Shown: positions 49,960 through 59,861, numbered from the stretch's first letter. The stretch: 64,000 nucleotides of DNA from Patescibacteria group bacterium (GCA_041666325.1 JBAYHC010000001.1:201708-265707), one strand, 5' to 3'. The notes: generated by a model from the sequence alone, not told the origin. Numbers and translations: made by a program.

Positions 49960-50442
49960 GTGGGAAAAAGACAGACATATGGCAATCTTCCGCCAGATGC
50001 ACGCTTTAAGTCGCCCGAAGAGCGCCGCCGATTTGCAGAAGATCAGGTTGAGACTTTGGTTGCATTGGGACTTTCTGATCACCATGCTCGCCGCATTCTC
50101 CGCGGTGCCGGCCCCAGCGAAGCAGTTATGGTGGGCCGGTGGATTATAGATATCCAAACAAAGATTGATGGAGGCAGGGTCAGCGCTAGCGCACTGCGAT
50201 CCAATCTTACCCTGTTCTTGAGCAGCGATGATTGTGATGATGTTCTTGGCAATATCTGTTTGCTTGGCATAGAAGCCCCCTGCTGCCATCCAAACGCAGC
50301 ATATCGATATGTCCGCGCCCTCCGGGCATACATGGATTCCGAGTACAATGTTACCGAGGCAGTTCAAGATCACCGAATGCGATCACAGTCACGACGCCAA
50401 CCCTGGGGCACTTATGTTCCAGACCGTAGCCCGTGGTTGTAG
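49960..50442 (+). CDS. Hypothetical protein on a locally GC-richer (about 50%) segment
   Basis: The ORF is followed immediately by a strong intrinsic terminator. Overlapping opposite-strand ORFs also exist, as expected for a GC-rich stretch. Confidence 0.35.
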   Translation: MGKRQTYGNLPPDARFKSPEERRRFAEDQVETLVALGLSDHHARRILRGAGPSEAVMVGRWIIDIQTKIDGGRVSASALRSNLTLFLSSDDCDDVLGNICLLGIEAPCCHPNAAYRYVRALRAYMDSEYNVTEAVQDHRMRSQSRRQPWGTYVPDRSPWL

Positions 50443-50458
50443 GCGCCATTTTGTCCCA

Positions 50459-50486
50459 GAGTGGGTTTCCCCCACTCGTTTTTTTT
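50459..50486 (+). terminator. Intrinsic terminator (gagtgggtttcccccactc followed by T8)
   Basis: Seen in the sequence. Confidence 0.7.
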
Positions 50487-50498
50487 ACAGATGACCGC

Positions 50499-50933
50499 TT
50501 ACGCATCCTTGGTCGTTGGCCGGTGTCGATCCAGGACCTCTGAAACTTTTTTGATCACATCAATCGGCAAAACGTCTGACTTGACAATGAACTCGTCAGC
50601 GCCAAGTTCTTTGGCTTTGGCGTACTTGTCAGCCTCAAGTAGAACCGTATAAATTATGACCGGAATATCCTTCGTCACATCACTCTGCTTTAGAACTTGC
50701 AGAACCTCAAAGCCATTCAGACCGGGCATCATTATATCAAGGATGATCAAATGCGGATGGTTTTCCTCGGCCATCCGTACTGCTTCCTTGCCATCATGAG
50801 CCACCTCAACGATTGCTCCTTCCTGCTTGAATCTGTCTGCGTACATCTCAAGAAGTGTTAGGTCATCGTCTGCAATCAGAATTACTTTTCCATCCAACAT
50901 AGGACCTCCTAAAATTTGCTTTGACAATAACAC
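50499..50933 (-). CDS. Stand-alone response-regulator receiver (CheY-like) protein
   Basis: LIADDD...ILDIMMPGLNG...K; the phospho-acceptor Asp and conserved Lys are in context. Confidence 0.8.
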   Translation of the reverse strand: MLLSKQILGGPMLDGKVILIADDDLTLLEMYADRFKQEGAIVEVAHDGKEAVRMAEENHPHLIILDIMMPGLNGFEVLQVLKQSDVTKDIPVIIYTVLLEADKYAKAKELGADEFIVKSDVLPIDVIKKVSEVLDRHRPTTKDA

Positions 50934-51032
50934 TCCGCTAGTATAAAATCAAATACCACCAATAATTCGGCGGGGCAATAACAATAGCTTAAAGAATGAG
51001 TAGGCAGAGTTACCCGCGCCTTATCCTTCATC

Positions 51033-51989
51033 ATGAACCATACACCAGTATTATTAAATGAGGTCCTGAATATATTTAGCTATCTCAACGCGAGAGATGG
51101 TTATTTTGTTGATGGAACACTCGGTGCTGGCGGACATAGTATCGCAATAGCAAAGCAAATGCTGGGCAGAAGAAGCAAGGCGAAAGTTATAGGGATAGAC
51201 AAAGATAGCAGCGCGCTCGAACTTGCAAAGAAAAATATTGAGAACGCTGGATTATCGAGCTTATTCACCTTCGTCCATGATGATTTTTGGAATATTAGGC
51301 AAATTCTCAGTAGCCTGGACATAGATAAGATCGAGGGTGCACTGATAGATCTTGGCGTTTCATCGATGCAGCTCGATCAACCGGAGCGAGGATTCACCTT
51401 CCAGGATGAAAGCGCACCACTCGATATGCGTATGGATCAAAGTCAATCCAGGGACGCTGCCTATATCGTCAACAATTACACTCACGGCGAATTAGAAAAA
51501 CTATTTTCTGAGATTGGCGAAGAACGATATGCCAGATCAATAGCCAAGAATATTACAACCTCCCGCAAGAACAACCAAATACAAAATGTCGGTGATCTGT
51601 TGGCTATAATCAAGCTCTCTGTTCCGCCGAAAGTCCGCTTCGGCAGCAAAAAACACTTTGCAACTAATGTCTTTCGCGCACTCCGGATAGAGGTGAACGA
51701 AGAACTCACGCATCTCGACAAAGCAGTAGAAGAATACGTTGATTTGATGACCCCAGGCGCAAGACTGGCTATCATAACATTTCATTCAAGCGAGGACAGG
51801 ATTATCAAGGAAGTATTTCGCCGGCTTGACAACCCGTGCATCTGTCCACCAGATATGCCAACGTGCGGTTGCGGACGCAAACCAACCGTCTCGCTACTCA
51901 AGAAAAAACCGATTGAACCGAGCGAAGAGGAGGTGCGTGAAAACCCACGATCACGCAGTTCAAAGATGAGGGTAATAGAAAAGCTATAG
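51033..51989 (+). CDS. rsmH: 16S rRNA (cytosine1402-N4)-methyltransferase
   Basis: HTPVLLNEVL, DGTLGAGGHS and ITFHSSEDRI motifs. Confidence 0.85.
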   Translation: MNHTPVLLNEVLNIFSYLNARDGYFVDGTLGAGGHSIAIAKQMLGRRSKAKVIGIDKDSSALELAKKNIENAGLSSLFTFVHDDFWNIRQILSSLDIDKIEGALIDLGVSSMQLDQPERGFTFQDESAPLDMRMDQSQSRDAAYIVNNYTHGELEKLFSEIGEERYARSIAKNITTSRKNNQIQNVGDLLAIIKLSVPPKVRFGSKKHFATNVFRALRIEVNEELTHLDKAVEEYVDLMTPGARLAIITFHSSEDRIIKEVFRRLDNPCICPPDMPTCGCGRKPTVSLLKKKPIEPSEEEVRENPRSRSSKMRVIEKL

Positions 51990-52051
51990 CCGGTTCTCAC
52001 CATAACTATTCTCAGAAATGCACTTTGTAATCTGATGACCGGACAAAAGAC

Positions 52052-52666
52052 ATGACCGAAATCGCAGAAAATAATACCCCTAAGCCGACATTGTTATTAC
52101 ACGCCTGCTGTGCACCGTGCTCAACTTCGGTGTACGAAAGACTATCGAATAACTACGACCTCACGGTTTATTGGTATAACCCGAATATATTTCCGTTTGA
52201 CGAACACAACAAGCGCCTCGAAGAAATCAAAAAACTGTCCGGCATTTTTGATTTCGCCCTTGTCATAGATCCCGAGACTACCAATCATCAGCAGTGGAAC
52301 AGCGAGACAGTACAACGGCTATCAACTGCTCCCGAGGGCGGCGCCAGGTGCTGGCTATGTTATCACATGCGCCTAGAAAAAGTTGCCAAATACGCGGTCG
52401 AAAAAGGATTTAGCTACTTTTCTTCAACCCTGTCGGTTTCCCCTCACAAAAATGCAGCGAAGATAATTGAGATTGGCAAATCGATAGAGACTAAAACAGG
52501 CCCCCGCTTCTTGGCAGAGGATTTTAAAAAGAAGGATGGCTATAAACGCTCAATCGAGATCTCAAAAGAGCTGAATCTATATCGTCAAGATTACTGCGGC
52601 TGTGAATACAGCCTCGCCCTCACATCAAAAACGAACCAGCAACCAAGGGTAGCACCGCTGACCTAA
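52052..52666 (+). CDS. queH: Epoxyqueuosine reductase QueH (DUF208)
   Basis: LLLHACCAPCS and CGCEYS cysteine motifs. Confidence 0.8.
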   Translation: MTEIAENNTPKPTLLLHACCAPCSTSVYERLSNNYDLTVYWYNPNIFPFDEHNKRLEEIKKLSGIFDFALVIDPETTNHQQWNSETVQRLSTAPEGGARCWLCYHMRLEKVAKYAVEKGFSYFSSTLSVSPHKNAAKIIEIGKSIETKTGPRFLAEDFKKKDGYKRSIEISKELNLYRQDYCGCEYSLALTSKTNQQPRVAPLT

Positions 52667-52701
52667 ACGCAATAAAGACCAAAAGATAGCACTAATTGTG
52701 G

Positions 52702-53133
52702 TTATACGCTTGAACTCTTGGAGCTTTTGTCTTGGTTGATAAATTTTTCATAGGACTCTTTGTCGTTGTATTCCAAAAAAGTCTCATGATGCGGCGGAGT
52801 GTGTCCACCACTATCTCTGTGCTTGATGGCACACCAATACTTCTCTGTTTCGCCAGCTATTCTGGTGGCGTATGGCATGAAACCATTGGCGTAACCGCAA
52901 TAAGTACACCAAATTTTATCAACAAAACTGAGGTAGGACAGCTTTTGTCGATCAATCTTAATGTAGTAGCTCCGCTTGATCAAAGGGATCCCGTAGAGGG
53001 GGAAAGCAGCATGGTGATAGACCTCAATGCAGATATCAAGGATTGCTATCGGTACAACCATACCCAAGATAAACGGCATAGCAAGCACGTGCCGCAAACG
53101 CTTGTAACGAAGTTTTGAGACCTTGTTGTACAT
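52702..53133 (-). CDS. Hypothetical membrane protein with a Cys/His cluster
   Basis: An ORF with one or two TM helices and WCTYCGY...HTPPHH; no family recognised. Confidence 0.35.
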   Translation of the reverse strand: MYNKVSKLRYKRLRHVLAMPFILGMVVPIAILDICIEVYHHAAFPLYGIPLIKRSYYIKIDRQKLSYLSFVDKIWCTYCGYANGFMPYATRIAGETEKYWCAIKHRDSGGHTPPHHETFLEYNDKESYEKFINQDKSSKSSSV

Positions 53134-53389
53134 GTACGAGCTATACTAAACTATCTTGAGGCTAAAATCAACTATCTAGATCGGCCGGAAGTCTTGACAC
53201 ACCCGAGAGCGTGCCACCAACCGAGAACGAAAACAGGTTTCTGTCAGAGCAAACACAGCGACGCCGCTTCCTGGAAAACGCCTATACACGCGCTGGCTTA
53301 TCCATCACACTTGCGATGGCCCTATGTGTTAGCCGCAACTTGCAGCAACTTCACAACTAGCGCCCCGACCACAGATCGCCTCTCTGGCA

Positions 53390-53418
53390 GCACTCCGCTC
53401 GAGTGCCATTATTTTTTA
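53390..53418 (+). terminator. Intrinsic terminator (gcactccgctcgagtgc followed by a T-run) ending a GC-rich non-coding segment
   Basis: Seen in the sequence. Confidence 0.5.
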
Positions 53419-53516
53419 TGAGCTTATCTCCGGACACAGGGTTTTTTGAACCCAAAAATTACTTTTATGTACGAAAATAGCACAAAAAAGTAAGATGGGA
53501 GTAACGAACTAGAATA

Positions 53517-53678
53517 CTATTTTTCGTTTTTTTCGACGAACTTCTTGATTGCTTCGATATTCTCTAGAACTAATTTAGCCTTCTTGATGCCAAACTGAAA
53601 TGGATACTTATCCTCTTCATCAGCTTTCAAAACAATCATTGGATTGCCTTTGAACTCGGACTCTTCAACAATAGCCAT
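53517..53678 (-). CDS. Small protein (53 aa), hypothetical
   Basis: A perfect RBS aggagga 7 nt upstream of the ATG; MAIVEESEFKGNPMIVLKADEEDKYPFQFGIKKAKLVLENIEAIKKFVEKNEK; found by hand and below the ORF-track size cutoff. Confidence 0.45.
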   Translation of the reverse strand: MAIVEESEFKGNPMIVLKADEEDKYPFQFGIKKAKLVLENIEAIKKFVEKNEK

Positions 53679-53858
53679 AACAAATCCTCCTAAAAATGTT
53701 CTTCAAATTTTACCCTATCCCATCATACCAAAAATATTGCGATGAGTTTAGCCATCTATAACGTTGATAAACTACCGAGCCATATAGCCGCTACCGCAGA
53801 ACGATGATTCGGCAAAGTGAATACGACCTTCTCGCCCAACTTATAAAAGACAACATCA

Positions 53859-54227
53859 TTGCTCGCGTATAAGTTTGGCAATTGCAAGATGTGGAGTATA
53901 ATATACATAAATATCAATGGAGGGGAAATGAAAAGTTCTAAATCAGTTAATTACGCTAAGCGTGGCTGGTTGTGGCTAGCAGCGACGATTCTTTTGTATT
54001 TTCTTTATTGGCTCGCAGCACTCCTGGCATCACAGTATTGGAGAGAAGAAAACTTTAAGTTAATAGTTGTTGCACTCATCTATATAGCTGTTACCACAAC
54101 CTTTTTATCTCTTCTCAATTTTATAGTCACCGCCAAGAGTAGACCTGTCTACTACCTGCTAGTGCTACTAAATATGGTCCTAATAACAATTCTGGTCTGG
54201 ATTTCTTTGATCGCACGCTCCTATTAG
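53859..54227 (+). CDS. Hypothetical membrane protein
   Basis: Three TM helices. Confidence 0.4.
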   Translation: MLAYKFGNCKMWSIIYININGGEMKSSKSVNYAKRGWLWLAATILLYFLYWLAALLASQYWREENFKLIVVALIYIAVTTTFLSLLNFIVTAKSRPVYYLLVLLNMVLITILVWISLIARSY

Positions 54228-57200
54228 TCCTCTTTTGAGAGTCTTTTTATCAATGCCAATATCGATGGCTTGCTTTTGATGATTACGAGGCCGCCGAAGA
54301 ACCACCCGACAGATCCAAAGATCACCCCAAAGAGGATAACAGTGTATATCGGAGGATTTTTGGAGGGCGGACCAGATGAAACAAGCGGGTCAACAACATT
54401 TTCCGCCCTCTCCGGTTCAGCATCGCCGGATCTCTTGTATCCCTTATCCTCTGCCCTGGCAGTAGCCGGATCAACAGAGACTGCTTCAGTAATCAAGTTA
54501 GCCACTGCAGCCTCGGCTGACGAGACAAGTGATTCAACGATCATTTCACTTGACTGGCCCTTGTTTGACACCGAAGAATCTGACTGAACTTGCGTCTGCC
54601 CCTGAGCTTGTGCCTGTTCCTGGTCTTGACTGGGTGCAATTGACGCCGGCTGATCAACTTTCTCGACAATGCCGGAAGGACAACTTTTGCTAAAGCGAAC
54701 CACTGTCTCAGATTTATTGCCCGCAAGATCAATAACAATCAATTTGAGAGTGCCATCACCTGCGTCAACATCGGACAAAGAAAGATGCTTAGAAAATTTA
54801 CCGGAAGCCACGTCAGCACCGTCTATGTACTCATCGTTCACGAATACTCCAATAGGCTCAGCACCAAGTGAACCGCTATACTTTCCCTCAATCTGGATAT
54901 CGTCACAGAAAATCCCTCCGCTCAAAGGACTTGCCAAACTTAGCGCCGGAGGCTGAAAAAAGTTACTTACATCAATAGAATATTTTTTCTCAGCAATATT
55001 ACCAAACGCATCCTCAGCAAGCAGGGTCAATACATGACTGCCGCTCGGATAAAGAGAAAAATTTACAGTATTGTCGAAACCGTCACTGGCGGTAGTATCA
55101 TCAAAGAGGATTGTTTGATCGTCCAGGTAGCCGGAGACTGTCAGAGTTTTGTTGTTGTCAACCGAATTGATTTGAAGCAATACAGATCCGCTTAGGCCCA
55201 CTAGCTCTGTCGGGGCAGCCAATTCAACCACGGGCTTTTCTGTATCAGCGTTAATCTCTGTCGAGAGAGTATAGAGCGAAAAGTGGCTAAGTGAAGCAAG
55301 TACTTTCTTGTTTGCTTTATCAATGTCGCTCGCAACTTTGTTCCAGGAATTGCTTATCGCATCGAATGTGAAGACAGATAGAGCATCCTCATTCGTAACC
55401 AAATCGGACGCGCTATAGTCAATCTCCAGATTCGCACTTGAGTCAGAATCAAGTGCGCCCTCAAAGTTGTAGACGGGTGACAAATACCCACCTGCCGGAG
55501 CAGGCACAAGCAGGCCATTTATGTCCTTCGTCTCAGCCCTGAATTCACCGGTTGTTTTGGCAGAGATCGAGGCGCTAGCAAGATCAACCTTCTTCTCTCC
55601 GGCCAGAACGATGTCCGTGTTTTCGACCATGTTTACAAATATTGGTTGTGACCAAGATTTTTTACCTCCTTTGTTCTCGGCCTCGATACGCACATAGATC
55701 TCGCTACCTTCAGGCTGGTATGAGCTACCCAATGAATCATTAACTTCCTTCAGGATTTCCCCTCCCCTACCTATGAAGCGGATCGTGCCCATCTCACCCA
55801 TGGCAGCACTGATGACTCCGCTATCGGTGGAGATCTTAATTCTTGGTGCATCAGTCCCCTGTAGGGCGTAAAAATTACCCAACTTCATATTGGACATGAT
55901 CTCGTCCTGGGTATTTTCCCTGGCGAACACTGCCACAGAGGCCCCATCAAAACCCGGATTTCGAGGTGTAAAGTCGTCCCCCGCCGTTGCCCATACTTTC
56001 TTGCGAGCGACGAGCAACTTATCCCATTTTTTAAATGCACTAGCCCGTCCATGAGCATCACGACCTAAAACTTCTGGTACCTCGAGATATTTCCCTGCAG
56101 CATCTATCCCACTATTATATGCCTCGATTGCATGATAGCCGTTCAGATTGATTAATTCACCAAAACTCCAATTATAGTAGAAAGAATCAGGATGCGCTAA
56201 GCTAACAAATCCATCCTGAGCATAAAACTGGTCGATTCGAGTTTGGCTTTCCGCTGTTTCATCGGCCCCTTCGCTAATTCCAACACCCAAGATATGAGTA
56301 CCGAAATATCCTTGTGTATCCTCCTCACTATTTTCGATGAACGTGATGCCGGGGATATTTGGGTTGGATGCGATCTCATTGTGCTCTGTGAGCGCAATGA
56401 AGTCATATCCCGCATCCCGATACTTCTTAACCGTAAATTCCGGCTTGATGTTTTTCTTTCCAATATCCGGAATGTAGTGACTGTGAGTTTGGCCGATGTA
56501 TTCCTCATAATCATCGCCGGACTGGTAGGGGCTATTGAGCTCTATGCGCGAATCTGCCACCACTGTTGTCGGGCCCGAGGACAGGGCGTAGATGTTGCGG
56601 TAATTATAGTCAGCAGCAAGGAAGAGACCATCAGCATGGATCAAATGAAGCAATCCGGTATTTTCCGCTACGGGATAGGTCTTAATTGAACCATCCGTCG
56701 TAAGCACTTCATAAATTTTGTTTTTGTCAACGAAGTACAGCCTGTCATCAACCTTCACAACATCAACCCGTGTATCGATCTTAAAATCAGATGCTATCGA
56801 TTTCTCAATAATTTTTTGACCTGTCTTATAGTTATAAGAGTTGAAAAAAGTCTGCTTCGGATTAGAAAACACGCTTTGAGTAAAGAAGTAGACCTTATCA
56901 TCAGCGATAATCGGCATAGTCGACTGAGTGTTGTTCTGTAATCCGGGAAGACTTAGGGTACTCGATCCGGTAGCTAAATCAATCTTAGTAATATAGCCCT
57001 TATTGTCGGCAATCAAGCCGAAGCCATCAGGTGTAATCGCAACCGAGCTATTTGGCTTTCGTCCATTCTTCCTAAACTCCCAATTCATCACTCCGTCGGA
57101 CAGACGATAGCTTTGCACCAGGATATGGCTGCCCTTGTCTGATGTTGTAATAATACTCTCACCCCAAATGCTCAGGGGTAGCGTATTGGCTGGAATATCA

Positions 57201-57745
57201 ACGCTCCAGCTCAAGCTCCCGTCCGTCAAACCCCTTGACTCTAGCACCATCGCTTTTGTAGCCGTAGATTGCCGCACAACATAAATCGCGTCACCTCCCA
57301 CAACCGGGTTGGTAAAAACTTGATTACTGCCAGCACTTTTCCTCCAAACTTCCTCTCCGCTTGATGATTTAAGAAGCGCAAGATCACTGCTTGGCACGAC
57401 CAGGAATTCACCCGACACAACCACCGAAGACTCCATGTCGCCAACGCCAGTTTTTCTCCACTGCTCTTGGCCTGTGTTTTTGTCGAAAGCATAGACAAGC
57501 CAGTCATCGGTTGAAATATTGTTTTCAGCAAAATAGAGAATACCGTTCTGATAAGCAGGCATCAAAAAATTAACCAAACCGGGGGTTTTGTTCCATTGAT
57601 GTTTGAGTTCCACACCCGTACCCTCACTAGCAAAAACAACACTCTCTTGGTCACCGCTGTTACCCAAATACAAACCAATCGAAATGTGATTTAGTGAGAT
57701 CCACAGAATTATAATGAGAGCGAATACTCTTCGCATTGAATACAT
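54224..57745 (-). CDS. Giant cell-surface protein: signal peptide, PQQ-like beta-propeller repeats, a PHP phosphoesterase domain, Ig-like/beta-rich repeats, a low-complexity linker and a C-terminal TM anchor
   Basis: N-terminal signal MRRVFALIIILWISL; a PHP-like IALTEHNE block; the C-terminal TM segment IYTVILFGVIFGSVGWFFGGLVII. Confidence 0.65.
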   Translation of the reverse strand: MYSMRRVFALIIILWISLNHISIGLYLGNSGDQESVVFASEGTGVELKHQWNKTPGLVNFLMPAYQNGILYFAENNISTDDWLVYAFDKNTGQEQWRKTGVGDMESSVVVSGEFLVVPSSDLALLKSSSGEEVWRKSAGSNQVFTNPVVGGDAIYVVRQSTATKAMVLESRGLTDGSLSWSVDIPANTLPLSIWGESIITTSDKGSHILVQSYRLSDGVMNWEFRKNGRKPNSSVAITPDGFGLIADNKGYITKIDLATGSSTLSLPGLQNNTQSTMPIIADDKVYFFTQSVFSNPKQTFFNSYNYKTGQKIIEKSIASDFKIDTRVDVVKVDDRLYFVDKNKIYEVLTTDGSIKTYPVAENTGLLHLIHADGLFLAADYNYRNIYALSSGPTTVVADSRIELNSPYQSGDDYEEYIGQTHSHYIPDIGKKNIKPEFTVKKYRDAGYDFIALTEHNEIASNPNIPGITFIENSEEDTQGYFGTHILGVGISEGADETAESQTRIDQFYAQDGFVSLAHPDSFYYNWSFGELINLNGYHAIEAYNSGIDAAGKYLEVPEVLGRDAHGRASAFKKWDKLLVARKKVWATAGDDFTPRNPGFDGASVAVFARENTQDEIMSNMKLGNFYALQGTDAPRIKISTDSGVISAAMGEMGTIRFIGRGGEILKEVNDSLGSSYQPEGSEIYVRIEAENKGGKKSWSQPIFVNMVENTDIVLAGEKKVDLASASISAKTTGEFRAETKDINGLLVPAPAGGYLSPVYNFEGALDSDSSANLEIDYSASDLVTNEDALSVFTFDAISNSWNKVASDIDKANKKVLASLSHFSLYTLSTEINADTEKPVVELAAPTELVGLSGSVLLQINSVDNNKTLTVSGYLDDQTILFDDTTASDGFDNTVNFSLYPSGSHVLTLLAEDAFGNIAEKKYSIDVSNFFQPPALSLASPLSGGIFCDDIQIEGKYSGSLGAEPIGVFVNDEYIDGADVASGKFSKHLSLSDVDAGDGTLKLIVIDLAGNKSETVVRFSKSCPSGIVEKVDQPASIAPSQDQEQAQAQGQTQVQSDSSVSNKGQSSEMIVESLVSSAEAAVANLITEAVSVDPATARAEDKGYKRSGDAEPERAENVVDPLVSSGPPSKNPPIYTVILFGVIFGSVGWFFGGLVIIKSKPSILALIKRLSKED

Positions 57746-57906
57746 TTCCCCTCTGCAACGGTTCTCTTCTATACAACCATTACTAACACAACAAAAATTT
57801 TATAACAACACCCAAAGCCATCTTTTTTGATCTTTAGCTTTATCTGTTCCAGCGCTTTGTGCTAAACTGCTTACGAGCTATCTAACTTAATCTGGAGAAC
57901 TAATCG

Positions 57907-58203
57907 ATGAGAGAAACTTCTAATGAAAATTGTTGCGATCATAAAAAAAGGGCTTTATTAAATTTCAAAAAAGCCCAAAGCCACATAGGCAAAATTGCAA
58001 AAATGATTGAGGATGACAATTACTGCATCGATATTATGCAGCAAAACCTTGCCGTGATTGGACTCCTGCGTTCTGCCCATGACTATCTTATGGAAGGTCA
58101 CTTAAATACTTGCTTTAAGAGAGCAATTGATTCCAACAATGACAAAAAGAAAAGAGAGATGATAGAAGAGATCTTGAGCGTAGCAAAACTACACAGAAAG
58201 TAA
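57907..58203 (+). CDS. CsoR/RcnR-family (DUF156) metal-sensing transcriptional repressor
   Basis: A Cys...His/Cys ligand pattern (CCDHKKR...YCIDIMQQ...H...C). Confidence 0.7.
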   Translation: MRETSNENCCDHKKRALLNFKKAQSHIGKIAKMIEDDNYCIDIMQQNLAVIGLLRSAHDYLMEGHLNTCFKRAIDSNNDKKKREMIEEILSVAKLHRK

Positions 58204-58273
58204 GACACAAGCAACAAAGGGGTTGGGCAAAGTAAAAACAATCGAGAGCAAATCTCGACCATCTTGTGGCTTG

Positions 58274-58717
58274 CTAATAGTTCTTCATCTTACGACCAAT
58301 CTCTCGCTCTTGGTCTTTTTTCTTGAGATTTTCCCGTTTGTCAAACTTCTTCAGGCCCTTGCCCACACCAAGCTCAATTTTTGCCTTTCCCCTTGTCAAA
58401 TATAGCTTCAAGGGCAGAAGCGCCATGCCCTGTTCTTGTGATTTGCCGACCAAACGCCTGATTTGCTCTTTGTGCAAAAGTAACTTTCTAGTTCTTTGGG
58501 TGTCATCCGGCAAATTAAAGGTTGCACCAATCCAAAAGATCTCACCACTGATTACCTTGGCATATGAGCTTGTCATATTAACTCGACCCGCACGAATAGC
58601 CTTGATTTCATCCCCTGTTAGAGAGATTCCAACCTCAAGTGTCTCTAGAATTTCATAATCGAATCGAGCTTTTTTGTTGAAAAATTCAACTTTTTTTCTT
58701 TTGGTATCGTTCATCAA
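58274..58717 (-). CDS. smpB: SsrA-binding protein
   Basis: NKKARFDYEILETLEVGISLTGDEIKAIR...LLLHKEQIRRL. Confidence 0.9.
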   Translation of the reverse strand: MMNDTKRKKVEFFNKKARFDYEILETLEVGISLTGDEIKAIRAGRVNMTSSYAKVISGEIFWIGATFNLPDDTQRTRKLLLHKEQIRRLVGKSQEQGMALLPLKLYLTRGKAKIELGVGKGLKKFDKRENLKKKDQEREIGRKMKNY

Positions 58718-58790
58718 TTTATTATAGACAAAAAATTATTTAACTGAATACACAGTTAGGCGTTATTAGTATTCAACTCACCCTGACTGG

Positions 58791-59795
58791 CTATGGCTTC
58801 TTAATGCTTCTCTTAACCGTTGGCCATTCCTGAGCCACAACTGAGATTGAAGCAGCAAGAGGGACAGCAAGTATTGCACCAACAAGCCCGAAGAGCTTTG
58901 CCCCAACAAGGAAGGCAAAAATTACAATCACAGGAGATAGGCCAACCGCTTTTTGCATTACCTTGGGAACAATGAAAGCGCTCTCCAGCTGCTGAACGGC
59001 AAAGTAAAAGACGATAATGAGCAAAGCCTGAAGTGGAGACTCGGTGAAAGCAACTGCAGCAGCCAGAACGCCCGCAATAATTGGTCCTATCGTTGGAACA
59101 AGCTCCAATATACCTGATATCACTGCCAGAACCAAAGCGAATGGTATACCAATAATCAATAAACCGACCAGATCAATCAAAGCAATGATTCCGCCCAGCA
59201 GCAATTGGCCACGGAACCAGCTACCAAGCTTCTGACCGATCTTATTAAAAAGATCTACAATTTTATCTTTTTGCTCGACAGGAAAAAGTGAAACGACAAA
59301 GTTGGAGAACCCTTCTTTGTCAATCAGGAGATAGGCAGTCAAAACAAAGGCCATCAACAGCGTGATGATTCCGCCGAATATGCCCGCGGTTATCGAGAAA
59401 AGATTCTCAGTAACTTTAGTCAAGGATTGCGAAATATTAGAAAGATTTTTTTCAAAAGCGGGAAGAAAGTCTCTCAGTTGGTCAAAGCGCTCAGAATAAA
59501 CAGGCAGTTGTCCGACAAGCTGAGAGAACTGGGCCACAACAGGAGGAACAACCAGGTAGATAACAACCGAGGAAATGAGGAGAATTATGGCAAACATAAG
59601 TACAACAGCCAGAGATCGGTTCATCTTCTTTTCCCACCTATTGATCACAGGATTGAAGGTAGCAACAAGAATAGTAACGAAGAAAAAAAGAGCGAGTATG
59701 TCTCGAATTAAGAAAAGGAAATAAAAAATAAGCAATATTACAATCGTTTTTGCGATAGCCCAAATCGAAATATCAAGCTTTATTCTCTCCTCCAT
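58791..59795 (-). CDS. AI-2E family transporter (PerM-like)
   Basis: An eight-TM topology and an AI-2E family length and profile. Confidence 0.7.
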   Translation of the reverse strand: MEERIKLDISIWAIAKTIVILLIFYFLFLIRDILALFFFVTILVATFNPVINRWEKKMNRSLAVVLMFAIILLISSVVIYLVVPPVVAQFSQLVGQLPVYSERFDQLRDFLPAFEKNLSNISQSLTKVTENLFSITAGIFGGIITLLMAFVLTAYLLIDKEGFSNFVVSLFPVEQKDKIVDLFNKIGQKLGSWFRGQLLLGGIIALIDLVGLLIIGIPFALVLAVISGILELVPTIGPIIAGVLAAAVAFTESPLQALLIIVFYFAVQQLESAFIVPKVMQKAVGLSPVIVIFAFLVGAKLFGLVGAILAVPLAASISVVAQEWPTVKRSIKKP

Positions 59796-59861
59796 ACGTG
59801 CTCCTTTCTAGTTTGTACATGTTGTGTCTGACAATGAGACAGCTAGTTGAAAAATTAATCA

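Larger units (their letters stand above)
39700..50490. mobile_element. Putative integrative island: low GC, large serine recombinase and MerR-like HTH at the right end, defence-like cargo; boundaries approximate
   Basis: A compositional shift, a recombinase gene and cargo genes typical of defence islands; no long flanking direct repeats were found, which is expected for serine recombinases. Confidence 0.45.

Noticed and set aside
49762-50373. 203-aa minus-strand ORF overlapping the 49960-50442 plus-strand ORF
   Set aside because: It has Cys-rich, low-complexity composition. The plus-strand ORF is followed by a strong intrinsic terminator in the correct orientation. Neither is confidently real.
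53194-53421. 75-aa ORF in the GC-rich segment
   Set aside because: Its composition is dominated by C/H/P/T/S, it has no RBS, and it ends inside the terminator hairpin. It was treated as non-coding (see the ncRNA candidate).
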